Of a stretch of 64,000 nt of DNA, positions 50,519-62,800 are shown piece after piece (position 1 is the first letter of the stretch; every line of letters begins with the position of its first letter). The notes beneath the pieces are model-generated. The model was not told the origin of the DNA. It was given only the letters and a program-made list of their open reading frames with translations, and ran no database searches. Origin of the DNA: Takakia lepidozioides (lineage: Eukaryota > Plantae > Bryophyta); NCBI GenBank assembly GCA_030704615.1, contig CM060733.1, positions 28,024,001-28,088,000 of the forward strand, read 5' to 3'. The position numbers and the translations under genes are program-made.

Positions 50519-51909
50519 AGGTCGAAATCTGGCGAAAATTAGCCTATAAAAAAAACGCTGACTGCCAGCTGCCCTTCTTTGTGGTTTAAGCTTACGTAGG
50601 CTTTCCCTCTTTGTTTCCTGTGCATGCTCCACCCTCCATTCTTAGTTTTATTTTATTTTTATTTTTTATTTTTTTTGGAGACCGGGTGTTGAGTAGATAG
50701 ATATTTGGAAATATCCACTTTGGATAATGTGGGCATGCACTTGCTTTCTTGTTTCTAGGTCTTTACTCTTGATACACCCTTGTAAAATACACAATTAAGT
50801 ATTGGAGTTTGGCGGCCAAAATGAATTTCTGGTTCAAATCGTGTAGTGCCTGTTTGACTTGTTTCTTCTTGAGTCCCTCTCCTGATCCTGTTTCAAAAGC
50901 ATTTCGACACGGCCATCCTGCATGACTCAAAATCTTAACTTACAATCAATTGGCATATTGTATTCCTAGCTCATTGATAAGCCAAGAGAATATCTCTCAA
51001 AGAAGAGAGGCTTGGGACTACGTATGAAGAGGTTAAAAATGCTAAAGTCTTATAGTTAGAGAATAAGTCATACAAATGCTACATGTTTGGGTTGGAACCC
51101 ATGAAAATAGTAAAGACAATACCATATGTATTCATGGACTGGAGTTTTACTAATTGTAGTTGTAAGAAGTTCATATTTTATTTTATTTTATTTATTTTTA
51201 TTTTAGTTCACACTTCTTTTCATTTTTCGTTTCAATTTCATATGACAAAATTGTGTGAAAGGTCAAAAATCTGTCAACCTGTGAAAGGCATTTTCTCAAA
51301 GTTGTATGTCACAGTGAAAGTAAGAAAAATAAAAAATAACCTGTCACAAAAAAGGTGGGCTACCTGTCAAAAAACAACACTGACCATAAGTTACGCTCCC
51401 TTCAGGAGGCGTCATAATTTACTTTACTTTACAATAATGACATATTGAGGACATAGAAGATGTAGATTTGAACTGATGAGGTTCAATACCAATAAAAGAA
51501 TTGTGCAGATTGTGGAAGATGCACAAATTGGATGTGATATTATAATACTATGCATATAATTACATTTGTTGAATAGACTACAATGCAAGGAAATTTACAA
51601 TAAAGTTAACCAGGGCTAATCCCCCTGTTGACAAAATAAATAAATAAATAAATTATGTACAGTCTACCCTCCATAAATAGTCCCTCAATATTTGTTAACC
51701 CTCTTTACTTGATACAATTTTTTTCCTGAGAATTTACAAAGCAAGTGGTAGGCCTTATGTGTTACGATACTTTTGTACTCCCTCTTTTACTAAAGCTTCT
51801 TATAACATGACCTTCATAAGTGTTAGTTTTTCTCAAATGTATATATATGTATATGTAGATGTATAACAAGACTCCATGAATGGCTCAATGCCATAGCTCT
51901 TTTACTTAA

Positions 51910-52807
51910 CCCTAAACGACGAGACTGTTTTTGGATTTTTTTCACTCAACAGGGACCCACCCTCATTCGTCAGCCTGTAGCTGCCCACCCCTTTCATCCA
52001 TGTGGATGAACCGTTCGAAGTCATCCCTACCTACCAGATGCACAATCACCCCAAATTTGGGGAGAATTCACCGTTTTGTTTGGGAGATTATAAGAATTGA
52101 ACATGGTCAATGTTCTGCAAAATGTAAAAAACAAACCGAAACTTCATGTTTGACCAAGCAAAAAACCCATGTTGCTAAATTTTCATGGGAGAACCTGAGC
52201 CATATTCTAATGTAATAGATCATCCCAAACCCTCACACCAAATTTCACCCCAATCTGCCAATAACTAGGGGGGGGGGGTGCTTTGAATGTGAACGCAATG
52301 GGGGTGAAAAGAGTGAATTTGCAAATTGACGTCCCATTAGGACCCCAAATTTACCTCCAATTGGGAATTCCAAGGTCTGTCCCTCATAGGCCAAGAACTA
52401 CACTACCCTGCCCAAGAATTTCCCAAAAATTCCCAAAATTACATTTTGGATGTTTGATTTTGCAAATGGATGAAAAATGGATGGCAAGTGGATGAAAATG
52501 GATGGGTTGGCATGCAGACCCGCCTCGTCACCCCCCGCAGGCCCCTGCCGCAAATATGTGCAGGCTAAATCCGCCAGTGCCTGCCACGTACCTGGTCAAC
52601 CTACGGGCCCACCCCAAAAACGAAACTGCAAGGCTTGCAAAAATAGCCGACGCCAGAATATTTACTCTTCGGGGAGCCAATAGTGTAGAGAATTTTGGGG
52701 GCTTGATTTTTCATTCAGAGGTCGCCTTCATCCGACATCATCCGCACCCGCTGCGAATGGATGAACAATCGGATCGACCTGATTCAGGTCGCCTCGTCGT
52801 TTAGGGG
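51910..52807. mobile_element. piggyBac-like MITE (898 bp) with TTAA target site
   Basis: TTAA (51906-51909) | CCCTAAACGACGAG ... CTCGTCGTTTAGGGG | TTAA (52808-52811). Subterminal near-palindrome GACCTGATTCAGGTC. Non-coding. Confidence 0.8.
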
Positions 52808-54218
52808 TTAACACTAGTGTGCCTCTACCGAGTTCTCTCCCTAAACTTAGGAAACTCTCAATTGTGTGGATTGATATTTCTTGATCATATCGCTCTAACA
52901 TCTTCTTAAAGCCCATTGTCCAAGCTATTTACTCTTGGTGTTTCCAAGGTACTTTATCTTAGGACGTTGTCTTTTAACTAGTATTTAGATGCTCATGTAT
53001 GATGTAATTTCGAGTGCATAATGCCAGTTAAATATTTTCTTAGAAGCTCATATACCTTTTGGTTTTGCAACTCTATCAACCCACACAATTGAGAAATTTC
53101 TAAGAATAACTAGTCACTAGTCACTAGTTTCTTAATGAAAAAAAGAAAGATGAAAGAGAAGACTAATCACCAAAGCGTACCTTGCAACTAGTCCACCTGA
53201 ATGGCCTCTTGAGATGCCTAGAGGTCGATCAAATGAAACTGTACAATTGCCAATTCCTTTAGAAAAACAGAGATGATGATGAGTATTGTACCATCCGTTT
53301 ATGAAATATGTACATATATGACCATCTGTACCAAAATACAAATGAAGGTCAGAAAATACTTGAAGAAATGTTAATACTTCTGAACACATTTGAACAGGAA
53401 TATTGGTATGTAACGTATATTAACTATAATATCAATCGAATTGAGTTCAATATAGACATGGACTGCTGGAGCAATCGTTTTTGTTACCAAATGACATACG
53501 TATAAAAACGTGATATGGTGGACCAAATAGCATGTCCATTGCAGTTTAATACATTCAACCATCTACGATTGGACATTCCAGTAATTAAACAATTATATTA
53601 ATTTATGTTCTGCTGTTATTGTTGGTGTTATGAATTATTATAGTTGTTACAATGGTAGTAAGATTATTGATTTTCTTCGCTGACGAGTTCTTGCTCACTC
53701 TCATGTGTTCCATGCTTAATTTTGAATTAATCACTAGTCAAAGTTAATATTTTACAATGATTATTATAACATGAATGTTATTTTACAAGTTTACTATTTG
53801 TACACAATTTATAAAGCAAAGAAAAAAATTAATTAGAAATAAAATATTGATGTTAAAAATGAGATTAGTCATATGTGATACATTGTGTTATAATTACCTT
53901 GAGGATGAAAATATATTTAATAACATATTTAATTGTCATACTAGTGTGGCATGTGTAGGTCTGGTATAGTGTTTTGGAGATACCAGGAGGGTCCTGGTAG
54001 TATAAAAGTTTTTATATGTCCAAAACAAGGGTATGCAATATTTAAAAAAACCCAGATTTTGGTACTTGTAGGGTATCAATAATGCCAGCATTCACATTAG
54101 GAGACCTAGTATCAACAATGGTATGAAAACCTTCATACCTGCTAATATCAACTTCGAGTAAAGTATAATAAATTACATTTCAGAAGGAAGATTCATACTA
54201 TTCTTTTCACCAAAACAG

Positions 54219-54950
54219 TTGATTGTCGAGGTTGGCATGGACATTATGATTGAAATTTCCGAGGCTTTTGGAGTTGGTCGTTCAACCTTGTATGAGCTGC
54301 GCCTTCGACAGGTAATCCCTGCCATTAACTCTCTTTTAGGTCACTACCTACAGTGGCAGGGAGGTAAAACTCTAAAAAAATCGATACTCGAGAACGAGAG
54401 GAGATCAGGGATTCAAAATGTAGTTGGTGCGATAGATTGTACACATGTCCAAATCAAGGCCCCCCAATAGTGAGATCAAATTTGATTACAGAAACATAAA
54501 CGGTTATTACTCAATGGTTCTACAATGGGTCGTGGATCCAAATGCAAAATTTGTTGATATCTATGTTGGAGAGCCTGGCAGCATGAACGATTGGAGGGTA
54601 TTACGAAACTCCCCCCTTTTTATCCTACATCACATGGCACCATTCTACGTGGTAAGAACGTCATTCAAAACAATGGATACCAAATCCCACCATTCCTTAA
54701 TGGTGATGCCGTCTATCATACGCTCCCCTGGCTCGTACTTAATTACAAAAAGGCTCTGCTCCAGTCCTCTCCATCGCCAAAACCATGTTCAATCATTAAT
54801 TGTCAAACGCAAAAATTGAAATCGCTTTTGATCGCATAAAAGGCACATTCAAGGAAGTGGGTTCGACAAACGAACTTGACATTGAGTTTTTACCGCAGAT
54901 TGTTTATGCATGTTGCATCATGTACAACATTTTGGTTGATTTTAAATAAG
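54219..54950 (+). pseudogene. Degenerate PIF/Harbinger (HARBI1-like, DDE_Tnp_4) transposase
   Basis: VVGAIDCTHVQI, YRNINGYYSMVLQ.VVD...FVDIYVGEPGSMNDWRVLRNS, GDAVY, IEIAF, HACCIMYN. Stops and frameshifts. Confidence 0.88.
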
Positions 54951-55694
54951 TCAATTTTGAGGGCATCTACAATGAGATGGATGCCCTTGCAGCCATCATG
55001 GAACGTGACCAAATTGCCCATAGTTGAGAACCGGTTGTCAATAGGGACCACACAATTGGTGCTACTTTGCGGGAGACATTATGCAACTATGTCATCAACA
55101 CGTGATAGTCTGTGATAGTCATTTTGGATATGAAACAGAGCCAAAACTCCAGTGATGAGAGCTTTCTTTTTGGACCAACCGCGAGAATTTGTAAAATGTT
55201 GAGTTATGCACATAGGTTAGAAATAATTGGGTAGAGGAGTAAGATGTTCAGTGGATATGTTTTTGTACGAAACGGAGTTGTTGTGTACTCGATGAACTGC
55301 AATATGACCTTTTACATTGTTAGACCGATAAACAACAAACACTAGAACACTAGGCTATATCGAAAGATATTCCAACAATTGCGTTGAAGTTGGGCAGTTG
55401 GGCAACACAAAGTGAATGGAGATAAAGATGATGATCTAAACAAATTTGTGATTATCCAAATGGCAGTTGTTTCATTTGCAGACAATCTTATAATCTACGT
55501 AGGGAGAGTCACCACCTATAAATTAGCTACGAATAGCACTTGTATGCTCTTCTTGGTCAGAGGATAGAAATAGCATAGCACTATGGAACACTATCAAATT
55601 TGAGAACCCACTATCTCATTAGTGCATTGCCAAGATCAAGGGGATAATGACCTATGTATCCAAGTGCGTCCTATGTCGAGGCCCAAATGCAACC

Positions 55695-56406
55695 TGTCGC
55701 GCACCTTACTTCGGTAAGCTCCCCTTCAAGTCATAGTCACTCGCTTTGATGCGCGCGCCTAACTCCCAAACTGGCCGCCGGGCCAATTCGGAGCTTCGGC
55801 TGCTCACCGGGACATAATGGTCCTCCTTTACTCCCCCACTTGATCCTCTCTCAATTTGGGCCAAGTGGAAATTCCCTTTGGTCGATGGCAGCCCACACCT
55901 TGGTCGCTTTCATGCTTGCACGCTTACTCACTAGTTTTTGGTCACCAACGGGCTTGCACCTTTCTCGGGGTTACTACTCCCTATATATACTTCTGTGACT
56001 GTCCGCGGGGGTTTCACAAACAACCATGCCATTTTATGGCGAACCACCACGAAAACCCTCGATTCCCGGTGATGAGTCGCGGTGAGTCTTAGCCCGCCCA
56101 CCACGATCCCATTGGACCGTGATGAGTCCCAAAACTCCCCACGACTCCCACCACAAGGTCTCCGCCCCCATGGTGAGTCCTATGCCACCCCCACTAAGTC
56201 CCACTAAACTATCACCACCCCTCGTGGAACCACCCCACCTCAACCCAGTGTGCGGGGCTCCACCTAGTGAACGCCTCCGCCTCCTTGAGTGCCTTGGGCA
56301 CTCAAGGGCGCTTCAGCCCCCGCATCTATTGTTGTCACTGCCCCTACCATAGGGGCAACCCCTCTCGTGTCCCGACCCCCTGCCCTCAAGGCGAAGGGCC
56401 GCGATA
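55695..56406 (-). mobile_element. Solo LTR of the gypsy family at 59864
   Basis: TGTCGCG...CGCGATA; near full-length reverse complement of 59864-60601 including the TATATA box. TSD not clean (CAACC / CACAC). Confidence 0.9.
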
Positions 56407-56721
56407 CACACCCCTACCAACAGAGAGTCGATGTCCTCATCGACTTGTCCATTTTGTAGAAACGAACATCCAAGTTGTGGCGTCCCACATCAAGGAGTTT
56501 GTTTCTGTACCATGACATCCCATGACAAAGAACCAACCCCCCCCCCCCCCACTTGACTCTACTCTCTACTAGCTAGTTCGGCCGACTTCCTCCAAGTCCC
56601 GGCCAAGGGGGGAGCCTCTCAAACTCCTCCCAGTGCACTTTTTTTGGCCCATTTCAAGACCAAGGAATGATTATCCCCGATGATCGAATCGCCTTACTGC
56701 AACAACATTGCTTGCGACCGT

Positions 56722-57551
56722 TGTTACGGACATAGCCCAGAAGAACTTACGAGGAGTAAATATCAGAAGTTACCAAATTATTATGTTATCGAAAGTTACC
56801 ATGACTTATCGTGATTTATCATGATCTACCATGATTTACCATTACTTACCAAGTTACCAAGAATTTACCAAATTACTAAGAGTAACTTGGGAAACTACTC
56901 ATGAAGCTTCCTTTGGAGGAAACTTCTCCGTCAAAATACCTCCTTTGTTTAAGGAAGCTTCTCCATCAAGAAACCTTTGTTTAATCTTGGAAACTTCTCC
57001 AGCAAGAAACCTCCGTAGGGGAAGCTTCTTAGGGAAGCTTGTTAGTAGTCAGTACATATAGGAGGCGAGACTAGACACTCTTCAGTCTCGCCAACACTCG
57101 TTCAAACTACTCTTGTTTTCAATTCCCAGTACCCCAGTCCAGTTCCCAGTACTCTAGCCCAGTTTCCAGTATCTGGTACTTCAGCCAGTTTCAGCCATTC
57201 CAGTATTCAAGTCGTGTTTCAATATCTTGTACTCTTGTTCATTGTTATAAAGATCGTTTTGATTCATATTTACTCGTCGTGTATACGGCCACGCCGACCT
57301 TGACCTCTTGTCTAGTCCTGTACCTCTAGTCTGATCTCTTGTTTGTGTTCAGTCATGTTCTTGTCCTTGACAGTTTGGTGAGACTAAAGTTTGTTCCTTA
57401 GTTAGTTAAGATAGAAGGCACATTTGCGGAAATGGTCGCTACATTGCAGAGTCTTCAGCTCCAGATGCAAGAACTTCGTGCCTCTACTGCCCAACCACAA
57501 GTTGATCAGTCTCAAGATCTTGGCAACGCTCTCAACAATTTGCAACAATAA
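56722..57551 (+). mobile_element. 5' LTR (56722-57372), PBS and gag start of a second gypsy lineage (Tcn1/Tf-like)
   Basis: TGTTACGGA...TCCTTGACA imperfect inverted termini, TATA-like TACATATA at 57053, PBS-like TGGTGAGACTAAAG at 57376, then MVATLQSLQLQMQELRAS... (coiled-coil gag-like start, 57432). U3 contains repeated TTACC/TTATC and AACTTCTCC motifs. Confidence 0.7.
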
Positions 57552-57555
57552 ATTT

Positions 57556-57955
57556 CACCCCAAAGGCCACAGGCACAGCATGTCACAGCCCTACAAAGGT
57601 CACAGGGTCACAGCCCCAAAGGCCACAGCCTGTCACAGCCCCTCACAGCCCGTCACAGCCCCACTGGCCACAGGGCACAGCCTATCCCAGCCCGCCACAT
57701 CCTGTCACAGCCCCACAGGCCACATGGCACAGCCTGTCATAGCCCTACACAGGTAACAGGGGTCACAGCCCCTCACAGCCCGTCACAGCCCACAGGCCAC
57801 AGGGCACAGCCTGTCACAACCCCTCATAGCCCGTCACAGCCCCACAGGCCACAGGGCACAGCCTGTCACAACCTGCCACAGCCTGTCACAGCCCCTCACA
57901 GCCCCTCACAGCCCCACAGGCCACATGGCACAGCCTTCACACGCCCGCCACACCC
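57556..57955. repeat. Degenerate (GTCACAGCCC)-type minisatellite, probably subterminal repeats of a DNA element
   Basis: More than 25 interspersed CACAG/TCACAGCC/GGCCACAG units. A related short patch lies at about 37370-37440. Confidence 0.85.
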
Positions 57956-58740
57956 TCACCCTTGCCAAGCTCTTGAAACCCTAAGGCTTACATTTCCAGC
58001 CACAAGACACTTCTCTTGTGGCGCAAGAGCTCTTCTTCCAAGCTCTGAAACCCTAGGTGCACATTCCATGGCCTTGCCCACCTCTTAGCTCATGTTTCCA
58101 GCCCTGCTCTTGCCATGACAAGCGCGCTCTCAATGCTGAAGCTTGAGATTAAAACCCAATCTCAACATACTCCACAAAGTGCACTGATTTGCCCCAAGCC
58201 AAATCAGCCCTTTCGCTTGGTCTTGCAATCCTGCAGTATGGTGCTTTCATCTCTGAAGCTGAAGATCGAATGCCAAGGTCTACCACCTCGTAACCCACTC
58301 GCCTCCGCTTCTAACAAACCAAGAGCTCCACCACGTGCTCCTTGCTAACAACCTGGTTTCTCTCATTCTCAGCAAAACCACAAGTGCTACAACTAACTCG
58401 TATCTGGCACTCACAGATACGAGCTCATCTTTCTCGAGTGATAAAAATAAATAAAATACAAGCACGAGCTCACAAATCTGAAGCATAAACTCATGCATAT
58501 ATAACCTCATCACTCAAATACAAGTCAAAGCCAAGTGCACCCCACGCCATGGGGAATCCACACTACGGCACCATAGCTAGGCGCGAGTGAGGCTCAACTA
58601 CTCGAGAAAGATGAGCCCACCCGCGATCTGCCGTGAAGATAACAACGCCAGGTGCCCAAACATGTATTTGGGCCCCTGGATTGACACTTGGGTCAATCCC
58701 AAATGTCAATTATAAAAGCTAGCTATTTCCTAGCTAACTT

Positions 58741-59547
58741 TCACACTAGTGGTAAAATAACTTTGACACTCGTTACAAAATCCGGACAAGTGCACGTAGG
58801 GAAATTCCCCACTGTAACCTGATATTCTTTGCCATGAAGACTCAGCCAATAGACATCACTGTGTGTAAATCCGTCCATACCCCGGGGCAGGACTTCGGTG
58901 ATACGAGTCACCCGAGCCTGCAAATTCTAGCCTATTCCATCTTGCATTCGTGATCTGCACCCGAGCCGACACGACTCACTATTTTTCCATCTCTTTTGTT
59001 GGTGGGAGTCGGCACCGGGTGGAGGCATTGCCGGAGCATGTGGCACATCTGTGCCGACAGTGCATGAGGCACCACCCCCCGGACCGTGCAAGACAGAACC
59101 CTCCCTCCTCCAACATGCTTATCTCGGTTGATGACAACGACGTCCCAAGTTTCACAGGCCAAATTGCGGGGGGATGGGGCTTCATTATCACCGAAGGATG
59201 AACTGTTCCCTTGACGCATCGTGCCATATCGTCTGGGCAGAACCAGAACTTGTGGTCCTTTGACTCCCCACTATGATAAGGTCGGAACAACAACCCTATG
59301 AATGTTGGAGCTGGAGTCCCCCTGGAGCCTTGCATATTTTTGATTTGCATTTCTTGAAAGAGGGGGTCCGAATTGCCATGCAAGCCACTCTAGATCCTGG
59401 TGGGATGCGTTCTATATGCCACTCACTATCAATGCAATCAGATTCATGCACCATGGCCACCACCTCCTCCAATGGGATTCCTGCTGCTGTGCTTGCATGA
59501 TCTGCACCTACTCCACTGAGGAGGACCCACCTGGAAGGGACGGGCAC
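58741..59547 (-). pseudogene. Degenerate SWIM zinc-finger protein fragment, probably transposon-derived
   Basis: YQVTVGNFPTCTCPDF (SWIM start, truncated), preceded by Cys-rich WHIERIP...C...KCKSKI and FWFCPDDMARCV. Frameshifts. Confidence 0.6.
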
Positions 59548-59619
59548 ACGACTTAGTCTGCACTGGAGACACCTTTGTTACAGAGAAAATGACCATGTCC
59601 GGCCGATGCAGATCCATCT

Positions 59620-59863
59620 AAACCATTCTTTTTGGAAGCAGATGCATCGGACTTTGCACTTGGCGCGGTACTCTCTCAATACGGTACAGTGGCCGATTTC
59701 ACCCTGTTGGTTTTCCGTTCCTCGCAATTTTTCGCTGCAGAGATCAATTATGAAATCCTTGACAAAAAATTTCTAGCGATTATCGATGCTTCTGAGGAGT
59801 GGCGTCATCTATTGGAGGGAGCTCAACATCACGTCATTGTCTATACCGATCACAAAAACCTCG
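59620..59863 (+). pseudogene. Ty3/gypsy RNase H fragment (Tf2/Tcn1-like)
   Basis: FLEADASDFALGAVLSQ...AAEINYEILDKKFLAIIDASEEWRHLLEGAQH.VIVYTDHKNL, cut by the LTR at 59864. Confidence 0.88.
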
Positions 59864-62800
59864 TGTCGCGGCCCTTTGCCTGAGGGCAGGGGGGTCGGGA
59901 CACATAAGGGCTGCCCCTGTGGTGGGGGCAGCGCCAGCGATAGGTATGGGGGGGCTGAAGCACCCTTGAGTGCCCAAGGCACTCAAGGAGGCGGAGGCGC
60001 TCACTAGTTGAGCCCCGCACACCTGGTTGCGGTGTGGGTGTGGGGTGGCTCCACAAGGGTGGTGGTGTTAGTCGGGGCTTAACCAGAGGGACTTAGTGGG
60101 GGTGGCATAGGACTCACCATGGGGGCGGAGACCTCGTGGTGGGAGTCGTGGGGAGTCTTGGGACTCATCACGGTCCATAGGGGCCGTGGTGAGTGGGCCA
60201 AGCTCACCGTGACTCATCACCGGGAGTCGAGGGTTTTTCGTGGTGGTTCGCCATAAAATGGCATGGCTGGTTGTGAAACCCCGAACAGCTACAGAAGTAT
60301 ATATAAAGGGAGTAGTGACCCCGAGAACGGTGCAAGCCCGTTGGTGACCAAAAACTAGTGAGTAAAGCGAGCGACCGGAAGCGACCAAAGAGTGGGGAGC
60401 TGTTCCGGACTGCCATCTACCAAGGGAATTCCACTAGGCCCAAATAGGTGGAGGGTTTAGTGGGAGAGCGAAGGGGGACCGTTAATTCCCGGTTAGCAGC
60501 CGAAGCTCCACGTTGGCCAAGCGCCAGGTTGGGAGTCAGGCGCGGCATCAAAGCGAGTAACTATGACTTGAAGGGAGCTTACCGAAGTGAGGTGCGCGAC
60601 ACTTGGTATCAGAGCTTAGAGTTCAGTACGCGATCGTCCTTGGGATTGGCCTCATCATGTGTCGGGCAAGCCAAAGCGAAAGCGGAACGGCCCAAAAGAT
60701 TATGATCCTGGTGAGCCCGATGGGGGCGATGTGTCACCCGAAGCGGCCATTTGATGAAGCGACGCAGGTTCTCTGAAAACGAGGCCGCTCAAGAGCGGGA
60801 GGAATCCGAGGAGTCGGAGCCCCGAGAATCCCTGAGAGCTCCGACAGACCAACAGATGCCCTCCCATGCCGGCAGCTTTTTGGGAAGGGTTGTTGGTGCA
60901 GTTTGGCGGGACGTTGAAAGACGTGTTGAAGGCGGCTAATGCCACTTTCCTCTAAGGCCGAATCGGAAGGCACTCAACACCTAGCTCTTGGAGCTAGAGC
61001 AGTACTTCCGGGCGGCCAAGTTGAGTGACGAGGATCGGGTGGAAGTGGCTCCCACCTATTTGAGGGGCTATGCTCAACAATGGTGGCAGAAACGCCTTCA
61101 CGACCGAGGTCCAAGCCCGGAAACCTTGAACTGGAGTGGGTTCAAGGAATGATGAGAAGAGCAGTTTGTGCCCCTCAACGCGTCCTGGCTTGCCCGGGAC
61201 AAGATGAGGAATTTGAAGCAAACAGACAACATTTGGGGATATGTCCAAGCTTTCAATGTGCTTTTGCTCGAAGTCGCGGACATGGCAGAACCGGAAATGG
61301 TCTTCAACTTTGTGGCGGGACTGGCCCCATGGGCCAGGCGGAAGTTGGAGGAGAAGCCACCTAAGACTTTGAACGAGGCAATTGAGAGGGCTGAATGTTT
61401 CTCAGATGTCCCTAGGGGTGAAAGAAAGACAAGCGTACGGAGCTGAACCACAAGAAGACCCGGCGGGAAGGTGACTCCTTCCGACCGGAAAAGAAGTGGG
61501 ATGGCAGGCCACGCGGCGACAATGGCACGTGGAAATCGAAGGGAGGGCCTTCACACGTCAAGGCGGCACCCGGTGCTTCGAAAGGAAAAGTGGGTGGAGC
61601 GGCTTATGGCGGACAGAAGGCGACCTTTGATGGAGTGTGTTCAATTGCGGAGAGCCCGGGCACATGGCCAAGAAGTGCACGAAACCCCGACAATTGAACA
61701 TGACTCGGGCAACCACGGAGCTGTCGGAAGATACCATCAGTCGCTTGGTGGAAGCGGTGGTGGCCAGGACTTGCAAGGTAGGCAATTATTCTTGTGAGTT
61801 GTATCAGGAAACTGGCGCATTGCGTAAAGGGAGTCACTTATTGTTCGTGGATGGGATAATATCCGGAACTAACGTGTCATTGTTGGTGGACACAGGAGCG
61901 TCGCACTCCTTCATGACACCGGCAACGGCACAAAAGCTGGGACTCCGACAACTAACGTAGGGGCCTCTATTGAGGTGCGTTCTGCCAAAGGAGAACCGCA
62001 ATTGGGCGACGAGGTTGGCGTTCGATGTTCCTCTTCAACTGGGGAGTTGGGAGGGACGTGAGAACTTCACCGTCTGCGAGATCGATGGAGTGGATCTCAT
62101 TTTGGGGATGACCTTTTTGAGCAAATCCGGAGCGGTCATAGATGGCCGCAAGAGGGTAGTCATGCTGCCATGTTGGAATGGTGGCGAGGTCTTACAAGTT
62201 TCGGAAACGCCCAAACCCGTGGGAGGGCGAATAAAACTGCTGTCAACAAGGGAGTGGGCCGTGGAGGAGCACACACGAGCCCCAGTTTTTGCTCTACATT
62301 AGAGAAGTGAAGGGAGAAGGCGATGGAGAGCCGAACCCAGATTGGATCAAGGGGATTTTGGAGAAATACCATGATGTGATGCCGGAGGATTTGCCAAGCG
62401 GCTTGCCACCGCGCGAAGAGGAGTTGACCACAAGATTGAGGTGATACCGGGATCGGAACCGCCTGCCAAGCGCCCCCTACCGGTTGAGCCACAGAGAGTT
62501 GGTCGAGCTGAAGACCCAGCTCAAGGATCTAATGTCAAAGGGGTACATCCGGCCGAGTAAGTCACCCTACGGAGCCCCGGTGCTATTTGCAGACAAGAAG
62601 GATGGGACGCTGCGGATGTGTGTCGATTACAGGGCTCTGAATAAGGTGACTATCAAAAACCGGTACCCTTTGCCAAGGATCGACGACCTTTTTGATCGGT
62701 TGGCAGGAGCAAAGTATTTCAGCCGGATCGATCTGCGCTCCGGCTATCATCAAATTCGAGTGGCGGAAGGAGATGAGGAGAAGACCGCGTGCAGGACAAG

